A DNA stretch of 63,717 nt, filler included, from Perkinsus chesapeaki ATCC PRA-425 (GCA_013115145.1; 7 parts of 7 records of this genome joined end to end with filler, not necessarily neighbours in it), one strand, 5' to 3'; counted from the whole stretch's first letter, positions 50,974-63,717 are shown. Notes: generated by a model not told the origin, from the sequence alone. Numbers and translations: made by a program.

Positions 50974-53900
50974 ATGTCCGAACAGCCTCTCTACGACGAG
51001 TTCGGCAACTATATAGGGCCCGAGAGTGACGTGGACGAGGCCTCCGATTACGAGAGTAATACAATAATAATTATACCGTATTTCCTTCAAATCCCGTCTC
51101 TATAGGCTCGGCCAGCGGCTCCGAATATGGCGGGGAGGCCTCCGCTCAGGAGCCCGTCCCTATGGACACCACTGAGGACAGCGGGCCAGTGGAGCAAAGG
51201 ATCGTTCTTGCCGAAGACAAGAAGCATTATCCCGATGCTGATGAAGTGTATCCGGAAGCAGACGTCGTTTTCCAGGTAATGAGGGGAGACCGCACTGCGA
51301 AGATTTTTAAAGTATCTTTCAGGACGAGGATACTCAGCCTATTACCCAACCTATTATAGCACCGACTAAGACATTCGACTTCGATAAGCTCGAGAAAGAG
51401 GTCAGTCCCCGTATGAATTTCCTTTGAAGCTCTCGCACAGGTACCGGAGCTGGTCTACGATTATCATTTCCTTGCCGGGCTGATGGAGCATCCAAGCCTC
51501 ATCAGAAACGTAGCGCTCGTGGGCGCATTGCATTCCGGAAAGACGCTCCTGTGCGATCTATTGGTCTCGCATACGTGGGCAGACCGGGCCAAGAAATTGG
51601 GGAATCTTGATAAGGAGGTTAAATATACTAATTTCCGCGAGGATGAAATTGACCGGGATCTGACCATCAAGTCAACGCCACTGTCTCTGGTGCTGACTGA
51701 TACCGACGATAAGAACTACCTCATTAACGTTATTGACACTCCCGGGCATCCTAATTTCCAAGACGAAGTCACAGCGGCTTTGAGGGTCTCTGATGGCGCC
51801 GTTCTCGTGGTTGATTGTGTGATCGGTGTTACTGATCATACCAAGCGGTTGGTAAAGCACATGTTGTCGGAAGGGCCGAATATGAAGTAACAGGTTTGGA
51901 GGGGAGAGGGGGCCTTATTCCTGGTCAGGTTTGTAGTGGTGCTATCTCAACTCGATCGTCTTGTTCTGGAACTCAGGTTGCCTCCTGAGGATGCATACTT
52001 CAAATTGAGGTAATATATGTACGGGGAGGCGGGGCTACATCGGCCTCGGACTGGTGGAAGCGATTTCCAATTTGACATTGGTACATTTTCAAATGCTGTA
52101 TTTGCGATAAAGTCCGTATACTGGCGACTTCCCTTTAGCGGGAATCTCTGTGGACCTTGTTTGACATAATATTAGTAATGGAATGCGACACATTGGTTTT
52201 TATGAATTTCTTGGGGTTGCCCATGACGCTATTTCTATAAGGCTCAGGAATGCTAGTGAGATAGAGGAAGTCCTTGTTGTAGAATCATGGAGGGTTTCTA
52301 GTGCGATAATGGGAGATACAAAGTGCTTGTGGGAAAAAAGGTCAACGAACCACGCCTCAATTTTGCACCACATCTCGGTGTCGCTTCGTCTGTCTCTGAG
52401 CGATCAAGTCTAATGTCATTATTCATAGGTATGTTATCCAAGAACTCAACAGCTACATTAGGGAGCAGTGCGAATTGATGGGCCTAAATAAGGACGACTA
52501 CGTTGTGTCACCTATTAGAGGAAATCTAGCCTTTGCTAGTGGCCTCTACCAGTTCGTATTTACCACATATTCTTTCGCGAAGTACTACGTCGAGGCCAAC
52601 ACGGATGCATTCCGCACCAGCGGTGGCGACCAGAATGCTGAGAGCAACAGCCTACCTGCCGCCTTTGGAAGGGCATCTCAGGAGGGCGGCCTCCAGGCGC
52701 ATCAGGTCAATGAGTATGCAAGGCGATTGGCTCGGGGCATGTGGGGCGATGTCTGGCGAGATAAGAGGACTGGACAATTTGTGAAGTCGCCACCAAAGGA
52801 CCAGGGGGAGGTTCAGAGGACTTTTGTGGAGTTCTTCCTGATACCGTTGTATAAGATGATCGGACATACAATTGGAGAGGAGCAGGAATCCCTGCAAGTG
52901 ACTTTGGGGGATGTTGGCATTTATCTCTCGCAGAAGGATTATTATGCGAAGTCAACAAAGTAATAATGGAAATGCAAGGAGGCCGTCAAATTGATTGTAC
53001 ATATCGGCTTTCATTTCTTGGTTGTTGTTCGTACGCGTTTTGCAGCGTCTGAACAGAGGGTGATATAAAGTAGCAAAGCTCTTTGATGGCGTGAGAAATA
53101 ATAGTGAGCCAACCATGCATCTTGAAAGTGCTAGTATTCGGCCCATAGACTTCGTGTGGTGTGATATTATATTACTTATCTTCAATTATTTACGCTTATG
53201 AGATAGTTAAGCTTAAACGGGTGAAGCCGACGAAATCGCCCTCTACGGCTGATCTGGAAGTTCTGTTGGGAAAATCCCTCAAGCATAGAAGATAAACTAC
53301 TTTGTTAAGAGTGATGTCCTATTGGCGGTTTTTATTTCAAAAATGTTACTGTCGCGAGATTCGCTTCCGAGCAGATAGTAGCCAATTTCAGGTCTTTGCT
53401 GAAGAAAGTGTTGTCACAGTTCTTCGGCGGTCCACAGCCGTTGGTCGACCAGCTTGTCGCAAAGCTTCCCAGTCCACAAGAGAATGCTGCGGTAATTCAC
53501 TCGCTTGCATTTGGTCAGTTATTTTAATGTTCAGAATAAGATAGCGAAGATCTACTCCGGGAATCAGACGGGACAGATCGCAGATGATATGCGAAATCTT
53601 CGAGCGAATGGTGAGCTCTTGGTCCACACTTCCAAGAACTATCACAAGTAAGAAGCGGATACATGGGAAAGCATCAGGTGCTGCCAAGGAATGAAAGTTT
53701 GTTTCCTTTTGGCCTTGGGGCAAATTTCCTGACGAACTTTTCATTGTATCGCCTCCGCATTAGGAACAGATATATGCCCAGAGTCTGGATGGCTTCTTGG
53801 TCGGGCGGAGGAAGTTGGAGTCTCTGTGGGGGAAAATCTTTACCAACTCGTTAAATTTTCATGAGGCAAATGTAGAGACAATTTGCCTTTGGAAATTGAT

Positions 53901-56419
53901 AGCAATTTCGTGATTATTCCTCTTTTTTGCGAGCTCTGTGATGGGAAAGGGCGTCACTGTTTAGCAGCTTTGGCCTCAGGTCTGATATGTCCGGTTTCGA
54001 TCTCTTCGGTCGGGTTATGTCCGGCACTTTGAGGGTCGGCGACAAAGTGAAGTAAGATATACCTTTCCGTGGGTTCACTGTGGAATGTTATCCTATCAGA
54101 GTCCTCGGTGAACGTTATACCCTAGATGACCCAGAGGACTCCAGAGTCGAGACCATCACAGAGCTTTGGATATATGAGGGGAGGTACGGTTATGGTGGTG
54201 GCATTGATGTTGGCATTCGAGTGGAGTTATTGTAGATATCGTGTTGAAGTATCGCATGTTCCGGCTGGCAACTGGGTGCTAATTGGCGGATCGTTGGACT
54301 CAGCTGTGGTGAAGACAAGTAGCAGGCCGCCGTCCAGGGTGTCCTTGGTTATATCGGAGAAATTCTTAGAAGCGATGTTTTACGGTGGAAAAATTATACT
54401 CGAAGCTCCCTCTTGAAAACACCGGACGGTTCCCTGGTATTGCATGATTCTGTTATATTAAATTTGTTGATGAACTTTGTTACTTGACAGCTGATACTAT
54501 AATGGTGACCTTGACTGATTCAGCATTCGCCATTGATGTCACTCTCAATCTTGACTGTAGTTTGGATATCATTTCTTAGGCACCATTATTGCGGCTGATA
54601 ACACGGATGCAGTGGAGATTTGCAGACCTCTCAAGTTTGCTACCACAGGATCTCTTAAAGTAGCTATTCTTTCCTCACTGCTCGCTACGTCAATATCAGA
54701 TTGCTTGCGAGCCTTTGAACCCGTCCGAGCTTCCCAAGATGCTTGAAGGGCTTAGGAAAATCGATCGGTATGGTATCTTAGGTTGAGCGTGCATGTAGCA
54801 GCAGCATCCTGTCAGATCGTTCCCCTTGGTACAGTGCAAAGTGGAGGAATCTGGCGAGCATGTTATTATCGGCACCGGCGAGCTTTACATGGATGTAGTT
54901 CTCCATGATCTTAGAAAACTCTACGGCGATATTGAAATTAAGGTAAAGCCCCGGCGTGGCGTGGCTGAGGGAAGTTGATGTCAGGTGTCCGATCCGGTAG
55001 TGCCGTTCTGCGAGACTGTTATTGAGACGTCACAGTTCAAGTGTTCGGCGGAAAGTACCAATAAGCAGGCTAAGCTGTACATGATCGCGGAGCCACTAGA
55101 AAAGGTGAGTTCACACAACGGGTCTGTGGCTATTACTATTCTTAGGGAGTCGCTGAAGCCATCGAGGCAGGCGTTGTGACCGGGCTTACTCCTCCAAGGG
55201 AGCGAGCTAATATATTCGGCAAGGAGTTTGGTTGGGACAAGCTGGCTGCTAGAAATATATGGTAACTGTCCGATCTCAAACCTCGTGTGTGAGATTCTTA
55301 AACCAATTCTTTTGCGGAGCTCGGCTTAGTTACATGTACTTTTGGAGGAGTTACTTGAGAATGTGTTACCGATCAAAAGCACACTGCTCGGCTTGTTGTC
55401 AGGGCGTTCGGCGCCGATCCTATCAACGGTACTAATATACTCCTCAATGAGACTCTCGCCACTGACGCTGAGGCCAGGAACTCCCTCAATCTGGTAGGCT
55501 TGATCGCTGGAGTAGTGGTATTGATTTCCCCTCTAGATCCGCGACAGTGTTGTGTCTGGTTTCCAATGGGCGACCCGCGAAGGCCCTCTTTGTGAAGATA
55601 ACGTTCGAAACGTGAAGTTCAAGTTGCTGGATGTGGTCACCTCCAATGTGACGGTAAGAGAGTTCCGCCGTTTATGATCCGCAAAGGAGCTTACATCCTG
55701 TCAGGCGGGCGGTATTGGTCTTGGCTCCGGGCAGATCATTCCGGTAGCTCGGCGTGTTGCTTACAGCAGTATGTTAATGGCGACTCCAAGGTTGATGGAA
55801 CCGATGATGTTTGCTGAGATTGACGTAACTAAACAAGTGTTGCTCCGAATTGTATTTTCGATCTTTAGTGTCCAGCTGATTGCGTCTCAGCAGTTTACAC
55901 GGTATTGTCTCGACGACGCGGTCATGTTCTGAAGGATGTTCCAAGAGTAAGTCAAACTAGCTCATCTTGTTCCATATCATGTTCTTCATTCAGCCTGGCA
56001 CACCGCTTTTCTGCGTCTACGCCTACATCCCTGCCATAGAGACCTTCGGTTTTGAGACGGACCTCCGTACGCATACCTCCGGCCAGGCATTCGGTACCAC
56101 TGCCTTCGACCATTGGTGAGAATCTTCGGTTTGTCATGTCTTGAAGTGGATTCTCGCAGGTCTGTCGTGCCCGGTGATCCCTTGGACTCGTCCATAATCT
56201 TGCGGCCACTTGAACCTGCACCACAGCCCCACCTCGCCAGAGAGTTCGTAAGTTCTCATTCAAGTGAAGATCGTTAAGGCTAATTTTGAGGTGTAGGTGA
56301 TCAAGACGCGCCGCCGTAAGGGCATCGGTGAAGACATCAACGCTCATAAGTACTTCGACGACCCGGAGCTTGTTCAAAGGCTTCAGGCCGAGGAGGAGAC
56401 GGCGGCCGATGTGTTCTGA
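50974..56419 (+). CDS. EFTUD2: U5 snRNP 116-kDa GTPase Snu114/EFTUD2, many exons
   Basis: [17 protein letters not shown]; EDKKHYP; [14 protein letters not shown]; TIKSTPLSL; [13 protein letters not shown]; [17 protein letters not shown]; [15 protein letters not shown]; [12 protein letters not shown]; ATPRLMEP. Confidence 0.96.
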
Positions 56420-57354
56420 TCTACGTCATTACCTGCTGCTATTACTTCTGCTGCTGCTGCTGTTACCCCTCTGGAGTAGATACGTACTAGTTTTAGGAGT
56501 TAAACCAATATGGGTTTCAAGACAATGGCAGTTGTGTTAGTAAACAAGATTTGAGCTAGAAAGCTCTACGGCACACAACATCTGCCCCGTTGCTCATTGC
56601 TCGTAGATCAACTACATAACATACCTGACTTAGAACAGTATAGGAGGCTCCTTTTGCATGGTTAATTGTGACGTCCTGACTACGACGAGCTCGATTATTA
56701 TCGAGTAGCCCGTAGATTGTCAATCTCAATACCAAGCGTGGCAGCTCCATGCATTGGGTTTGCTTTGCACTCGCCGTTGTGCAGGTTTTAATTTTACCAC
56801 TTATTCGAGGCATGTCGGACTCCGTTAACTCTCCGGTCCATCTAAGCTGTCCCGGGGACAGTTGTCGGCAGCTGCTGTCGACCCATGCTGCATGGGTGAA
56901 GGCGGGCTTATCGTGGACCCTGAAAGCCCATATCGTATGCCAACGTTTGGTTGACTGTATGGTCGCTTACAACTGGAATTTACAATGGGATGAAGCTGCT
57001 CGCTTCAAGGCGAGGGCCAACAGTACCGCCAGTCATCCAGACGATGATTCCAGTAGCTCCAGCTCATCAAGTGGCGGTGTCGAGTGCTACAACTTGGTAT
57101 ACTACATATTATGATCAGTTGCAGCTAGTAAGCTATTATATTGCGTTGTCACCAACCCAAAACTTGGGTCTAGTGCGGTATGCGTGCGCAGGCACGTAGT
57201 ACAAAGCGCGCAGAATTTTGGGCGAGCGAAATTTCTTGTAAAAAAACGTTTGACATATATATTCTGAATCCCCGTAATTTTCTCTATCGGATAGTGTCAT
57301 TAGTTTTTTGTAAGAATTTTTCTCACTTCAGCCCCACCAAAACATACCCGTGGC

Positions 57355-58083
57355 GTGCCAGCTGAAGTATGCAGAAGCGATGCTATGGTCGTCCAGAAGG
57401 AAGAGAAAGATCCGTCTGTCTGCTTCCCAAAGGTGTCACAGATCCCTCAGAATCACTCCAAGTTCCCTCTTGTACGAGAATGGCTATCGAAAGGATCAGT
57501 TCACTTCTTTGTGCAACTGCGTGGCAATGAACTCCTCGCCCTTTAGAAGAAGCAAAGTATTGAAGCCCGTCATCGACCGCTGCAGTTGGAGACCATAGAC
57601 GTTGTCACATCTGGTGTTGTACTTGCCACCTTCACATTGACTGTTGAAGTTGCTGTCAACGACGTTCACGTTAAAATATCTCGAACCAGCGGCAAGTTGG
57701 ATGTGATCGTGCCGGAGTCCAACTCCTGCCCACTAGGGCCTCTCGCTGGCGACGCCCTGCCACGCTGCGTCTTCGGTGCCCTTGATTGAAAAGAGGTCTC
57801 CATGGTACCAAGCGTGTCCGACAAGATGGCTGAATCTATGGGCGACTCTTCTGGTTGGATGAACAGAGGGCTTTTTGGTCGAATGCTACCTTTGAAGGTT
57901 ATAGGAAATAAATACACAGGCGTGAATCAACTGAGAGAGTCACTCGCTCTCGTCTATTCTCTTGCTATTGCCGATCGCACCGCTGGTAAGAGCTTTGGCG
58001 CCCGCGTGATTTTGTCTTTGGCACGCGGTACTTCTACACCATTTCAAGATCTAATTAGTAAAAGCCAAGACCAAATTAGTTAA
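57355..58083 (+). pseudogene. Intronless reading frame of unknown family interrupted by two in-frame stops
   Basis: ORFs 57355-57546, 57586-57789 and 57802-58083 share one frame, separated only by TAG (57544) and TGA (57787). Confidence 0.5.
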
Positions 58084-58084
58084 C

Positions 58085-58157
58085 GCCCAGAACAAATTAA
58101 TATAGCCCAGAACAAATTGGTAAAAGCCCAGAACAAATTAATATAGCCCAGAACAAA
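58085..58157 (+). repeat. About 20-bp tandem repeat (GCCCAGAACAAATTAATATA) at the contig end
   Basis: About 3.6 copies visible. Confidence 0.85.
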
Positions 58158-58257
58158 NNNNNNNNNNNNNNNNNNNNNNNNNNNNNNNNNNNNNNNNNNN
58201 NTTAATTAATTAANNNNNNNNNNNNNNNNNNNNNNNNNNNNNNNNNNNNNNNNNNNN

Positions 58258-58602
58258 GATGATGATGATAAGACTAAGGTTATTACCAACAACTACAAGA
58301 CCGAGTTGGGCTCATCCAAGATAGCTAATATTCGTGATGTTACTCTTGGTTATGATTCAAGAAATAAGGATAAGAAGTCAACCTTACCAGTTACTCCTGA
58401 TGCTCAAATGATTACTCTATACTTTGATAATGATGCCACTGTCACTGTTCGTGGATCTGGTACTGAGCCCAAGGTAAAGTACTATTGCGAGGCGAACGAT
58501 AAAGAGAGTATGGAGAAGGCTGAGGAGAAGTTGGATGTTATCGTTAATAATGTTATCGATTATTTCCTACAACCCAAGAAATACAATTTGGGTACTCGAT
58601 AA
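58258..58602 (+). CDS. PGM2: Phosphoglucomutase/phosphopentomutase PGM2-like, C-terminal fragment
   Basis: IRDVTLGYDS..LPVTPDAQMITLYF..TVRGSGTEPKVKYY; open from the contig edge. Confidence 0.88.
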   Translation, partial: DDDDKTKVITNNYKTELGSSKIANIRDVTLGYDSRNKDKKSTLPVTPDAQMITLYFDNDATVTVRGSGTEPKVKYYCEANDKESMEKAEEKLDVIVNNVIDYFLQPKKYNLGTR

Positions 58603-59746
58603 ATAATAATAATAACTGCTAATAATGATGATAATAAAGTATAACAACAATTCATCATTATTAATTTATTATTATTTTCATCATCACTATTATTATCGTT
58701 CCCGGAGAATTCTGTGGTTCGAATGTGATGTATATTATCATAATAATATTTACCCATTCTGCTTTATCGGGTTTACATTTTATATACGATACCTTTCGTA
58801 TCCCAATTTATTCAATAATAAATGTTCTTGTGTTTGTTCCGTTCTCCCGGGGGATCCAGAGTGATGTGGTATAGAAGAGAATGTTTCTATAGCATCACTC
58901 AATGGTTGCTGCACTAGAGGCTTTACAGAGCACTTTCAACCAATCTCAGATTTTAAGCACGATGCAATAGAATAGGTTAATCTAGGCGAAGCTAGAGAGC
59001 GTGAAAAGCACTTTCAAGCCTGAACCAGATCATTATGGAATTAAGGTGTTGATGAGATGACGTGTAGAAGGCTTTTATGATGGCAACTCGACGATATGAA
59101 CGGCTACTTCAGTTTGGCACTTCTCTTCAAATGCTATCAATGTTGAGTGTTCATCGTTAATTAGTGTATGGGAAAAGGAGATACCGATCCACTTTTGATA
59201 ACGCTATTATACGAGCATGCAGAAAGACTATCGATATCTTCACTGTTGAGGAGCGTGTCGCATAATGCGTAAGTTGAAACCATCCGCAATCTGGGACGTT
59301 ACTGTGTGCAGCTAGAGGACTGTTAATGGACGTTCAAATGCCTCGGAAATAATTAAAGCAAGAATTGGTAATTAAATCCGCATCATCTTGCCCAAGTTCA
59401 GAAATAGTGTATTTCTTAAAATTAATGGAGATAGTACTTTAATAAGTATGAAGTCATCGACCACTCACAGTTAATACTACTAGTCTCTTGTGGTTTCGAA
59501 GTCTAGACTTGCCTGACGATAATTTAAGCATATATCAGAAGGGACAACGATTGTGTTATTCTGTCTGTCTGTGATTGTGGTAGTCTTATTTCCGAGCTGT
59601 GGGCTAGTAGTGTGTATAATATGCGTATTGTATGACAAGTAGATCAATCGATGTAGTTGATAACTCTTCTTTAGTATTATTCCCTTTATATGGAAGGTTA
59701 AGTTGTTTGTCATTGCAGTTCTATTTATTAATTTATATTTATTATT

Positions 59747-59844
59747 ATGTCTTCTTCTTCTGTTTGTAATAGTACATCAGAATCGTTAGCTGTTAAGAAT
59801 TGGCTCTCTCTCGATTTTGATAAGAATACTCGTAAAGAGGCGCA
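59747..59844 (+). CDS. Probable N-terminus of a further PGM2-like gene, truncated by the spacer
   Basis: MSSSSVCNSTSESLAVKNWLSLDFDKNTRKEA resembles the PGM2 N-terminal WL..D...TR.E helix. Confidence 0.5.
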
Positions 59845-59944
59845 NNNNNNNNNNNNNNNNNNNNNNNNNNNNNNNNNNNNNNNNNNNNTTAATTAATTAA
59901 NNNNNNNNNNNNNNNNNNNNNNNNNNNNNNNNNNNNNNNNNNNN

Positions 59945-61257
59945 TGGATTGCTCCTAATGGTAACTATTCAGTACATACTTGTTTAATGGAAATTGAATA
60001 TCAAGGAGAAGTTACTAAATTATCTATGGCTCATAGTTGGCCTGTAAGACATGCTCGTCCATGTGTTGAGAAGCTTCCTGGTATTGCTCCTATGCTTACT
60101 TGTCAACGTGTTATTGATGCTTTATTCCCAACTACTCTTGGTGGTACTTGTGCTGTACCTGGTGCTTTCGGTTGTGGTAAGACTGTTATCTCACAATCAT
60201 TAGCTAAATATTCCAATAGTGATGTTGTTGTTTATGTTGGTTGTGGTGAACGTGGTAATGAGATGGCTGAAGTGTTAACTGAATTCCCTCAACTTACTAC
60301 ACTTATTAATGGTAAAGAAGAACAGATTATGCAACGTACTACTCTTGTTGCTAATACTTCTAATATGCCTGTCGCTGCTCGTGAAGCTTCAGTCTATACT
60401 GGTGTAACAACTGCTGAATATTTCCGTGATATGGGACTTAATGTTAGTATGATGGCTGATTCTACTTCTCGTTGGGCTGAGGCACTTCGTGAAATATCTG
60501 GTCGTTTGGCTGAAATGCCTGCTGATTCCGGTTATCCTGCTTATCTTGGTGCTCGTCTAGCTTCATTCTATGAACGTGCTGGACGTGTAAAATGTATGGG
60601 TTCACCTGATCGTGAAGGTGCAGTTACTATTGTTGGTGCTGTATCTCCTCCTGGTGGTGATTTCACTGATCCTGTTACTTCAGCTACATTATCTATTGTA
60701 CAAGTGTTCTGGGGTCTTGATAAGAAATTGGCCCAAAGAAAGCATTTCCCTGCTATTAACTGGAATATATCCTTCTCAAAGTATACTCGTGCATTAGAGC
60801 CATTCTTCAATAAGTATGATCCTGAATATTCATCACTTCAACAAAAGGTTAAGAACATACTTCAAACTGAAGATGATCTTCAAGAGATTGTACAATTGGT
60901 TGGTCGTGATTCATTATCTGAGGATCAGAAATGTACTTTGGAAGTTGCTCGTATTATTCGTGAAGATTTCCTTCAACAGAATGGTTTCAGTGATTATGAT
61001 TATATGTGCCCATTACCTAAGACTGTTGGTATGATGAAATGTATCTGTCACTTTTATGATCAAGCACAAAAGTGTTTGGCTGAAAATCATGGTGATAAGA
61101 CTATTGGATGGGCTCAGATTGCTACTGGTTGCCGTGATGTTATTATTGCTATTACCAATATGAAGTTTGAGATGCCACAGAATAGTGAAGAGTACTTTGA
61201 GAAGTTCTTTGCTAATCTTGTTAACCAGATTGATAATAGCTTCCAAAAGCTTGTTGA
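59945..61257 (+). CDS. vatA: V-type ATPase catalytic subunit A, intronless fragment truncated at both ends
   Basis: WPVR..RP; GAFGCGKT; [15 protein letters not shown]; [18 protein letters not shown]; [33 protein letters not shown]; AQRKHFP. Confidence 0.97.
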
Positions 61258-61771
61258 NNNNNNNNNNNNNNNNNNNNNNNNNNNNNNNNNNNNNNNNNNN
61301 NTTAATTAATTAANNNNNNNNNNNNNNNNNNNNNNNNNNNNNNNNNNNNNNNNNNNNCTAACAACCTAGAACTGGGTGGGTCGGGTAGGGTTAACACTCA
61401 GGTATCGTCCCCATATGCCACTATTCAATCTTCACCTCAGTCGAACTGTGAACTTGCCCAATAAATTGACCGCGTCAACCATTCACTCGTCCCGAGTTGG
61501 TATCGGTCATCGGAAAGGTAGTTGCGCATTATCCAATCGGTGGATGGTTGCGCGCAGTTGCTGCAATGTTTTACCCGTGTGAGTACCTTGTTCCAGGAGG
61601 GCAGCTCATACGACTACAAGTTGCTGCCTGCACTGCTAGAGTTGTATAGCATATATAGAGCCATATAAATGTGATGGAATATGAGTCCGTTTTGTTCGCT
61701 TTGAGCCTCGTGCTCGATTATCGCGCCTAACTAAGCGACCTAACTAACCTTCCGTATCACCGCACCCTTAG

Positions 61772-62541
61772 ATGTTCACGTCAAAAACAGACAACGTCTC
61801 AGTTGTGAACTGGTTGACTCGTAAAGAGAGGCGCCATTGGATCCGCGTAACAGGGATCTGCAAGCATGCGGTGGAGTCCCGCCTGCAGTTGATTGAGGAT
61901 TGCTGTTTGCGCGGCCAACCACCTCTGCCTGATCGTTACACATGTTGCTATTCACGCCAACGAGTTTACCACTCGCTATCACTCGGATCCGCCGTTGATC
62001 AGCCGTTGATGGCACCGTTAGCTAAAGCCTTGCGTACCCTGGAAGCGCCTTCAGGCGAGGCTTGCGCCGCCGGCGGAGCCGCTTCGCTACACCCAGCTAG
62101 CGACGAACGCCAGGTGCACGACTGGTTAGCGACCTTGCCAGTTCGTGACGGACGTGTGGTCGTGCCACCACAGGATCTTCCGCGGGTGTTACGCGCTGTC
62201 CATGATCACGAGGAATCCAAAGCTTTGTTTGAGGAAGTTCGGGTGTGGATAGATTGTCCCGGCCTTGCGGCGGCATGTCGTGCCATAATTAGCGCTTGCA
62301 TCGATTGCCAGGAAGGCAAGGCTATGCCCGGGGATGCCCAGGGTTCCCGCTTGTCCCGTTGCGTGCTATCCCGCGTGCCCCCCATGTCTTCGACGGAGTC
62401 CATCTCGACATCTGCGGCCCATCTGTCGGCAGGCCGACAGGTTGACACGATTCTATTTCATATCCGTGGTAGATAGTGCTACGGGGTTTTCGTTAGTGGG
62501 AACGTCACTCCACGCACCAACGGGTACGTCGTTACGCGTTT
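61772..62541 (+). mobile_element. Degenerate LTR-retrotransposon pol remnant (RNase H end, integrase Zn finger, start of core)
   Basis: LRAVHDH..CPGLAAACRAIISACIDCQ (HHCC); frameshifted FDGVHLDICGP and YFISVVDSATGF. Confidence 0.8.
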
Positions 62542-62735
62542 NNNNNNNNNNNNNNNNNNNNNNNNNNNNNNNNNNNNNNNNNNNNTTAATTAATTAANNN
62601 NNNNNNNNNNNNNNNNNNNNNNNNNNNNNNNNNNNNNNNNNAGCAACGAGGTTCGGCGTCTCAAGCTCAGTTTAGAGCGCGGAGTGCGAGCCAGCCAACC
62701 CCCTCTGGCTGCAGGGCCCCCCGAGTACCAGAGCT

Positions 62736-63635
62736 CTAAACCTCCAGATAGCCACGGACAACGAGAGCCTCACGGCTAGCCTTCGACAGGCGACCAGTAG
62801 CGGTAAGCTTGACCTTCATGATAATCTTGGCTGCCTCCCTGACCAGCGCCACCGCACCGTCCGGGCTATCAACCGCCATCAACGTAGAGCCATCGGCCTC
62901 CAACCACACCGGCATGGAAACCTTGCCGTCACCGGAGTCCAACACATGGACGAGACAACGGGGTCCGACAACATCAGAAACCAGAGCCAGGACATCAGCC
63001 CCCGTGCACAATCGGACCAAAACGCAGTCACCCTCCTCCACATTTCCAACATCTAGTTCGCCTTCCACCGCCAACGCCGGCCTCTCTCGATCAGCGACTT
63101 CTTGCCTAACCTCCAAGTGGTGCGCGGCCACGGAAACCGAATAACCAGGCGGAGAGCCCAACGGATGCAGACGGCAGCTGAAACCAGCTAACTTGCCAAG
63201 GTAGACGAAAGGGCCATTGGACACGTCCACACCGAACACCTTCACAAGCTCGCCCTCAATAGCCCGAGCCCCCGGGCGCCTCCAGACCATGAGAGTGCCC
63301 TCGGGGATATCGATCACGTCCTTCTTACACTTTCGTTCCTCAGCAAATCGACGAACCGACTCGCCGATGTGTTTCTTTAAAACACACAGTCGCTCCTTGC
63401 CCACTAAGTCGTCCACCAGAGACCGCACAATAGCCACGTCAGAGGGGAGAACGTCCATCGGCGAAGGGACTGGCCCTAGTGAGCCAGATGCCTTGCCTAG
63501 AACTGTGAGGGAAACCGCCTCAGCCAAAGTCAACGCTCTTGTACCGAAGGTCAGTTCGGCAGAAGAGCCTCCGGAAGAACGGACCGCGGTATTGACAGCC
63601 ATCTGCGCGAAGCGCAAGGCAACGTCCCAGGGCAT
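62736..63635 (-). mobile_element. LTR-retrotransposon integrase C-terminal half with a long extension
   Basis: WDVALRFAQMAVNTAVRSSGGSSAELTFG matches the post-catalytic integrase segment; short purine run AGAGGGGG about 30 nt after the stop. Confidence 0.7.
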
Positions 63636-63717
63636 GTCGAGAACTATTGGAGGAATCGGCCGGATCGGGAACTGTCATATGACAAACGCAAGGGTAACCG
63701 TTGGATCAAACTCTAAC

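Noticed and set aside
56556-57199. Short ORFs on both strands after Snu114
   Set aside because: No recognisable motif and the coding strand could not be decided.
59987-61257. Intein in V-ATPase A (as in yeast VMA1)
   Set aside because: The GCGERGNEM site is uninterrupted.

Overview
Eukaryotic, intron-rich protist DNA with mostly 40-60 nt GT-AG introns. Gene style suggests an alveolate, probably a perkinsid such as Perkinsus (inference only). The window is seven contigs joined by six identical 100-nt N spacers carrying TTAATTAATTAA, so adjacency across spacers is unproven. Contig 1 (1-31688) holds a single-exon aspartic protease, a CobW/ZNG1 GTPase, an Aly/REF-like RRM protein, an OHA+OST-HTH protein, two tandem sorbitol dehydrogenases (one with a mitochondrial-type presequence), a 2-aminoethylphosphonate transaminase, a lysosomal-type acid phosphatase, UAP56, tRNA-Asp, tRNA-Gln and several hypothetical genes. 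Contig 3 (33413-58157) holds an ALMT/FUSC-like transporter with a frameshifted partial copy, a coiled-coil gene, a PAS-histidine kinase-receiver-cyclase hybrid and Snu114/EFTUD2. The short terminal contigs carry AT-rich intronless PGM2 and V-ATPase A pieces and degenerate LTR-retrotransposon integrase. Most striking: (1) several 45-52 nt introns consist almost wholly of a tRNA 3' half plus its T-run, and another intron of the same kinase gene holds an intact tRNA-Val containing the same ready-made cassette; (2) the hybrid kinase has an intact H-box but a D-to-E pseudo-receiver and an apparently dead cyclase domain. Exon boundaries were read by eye.
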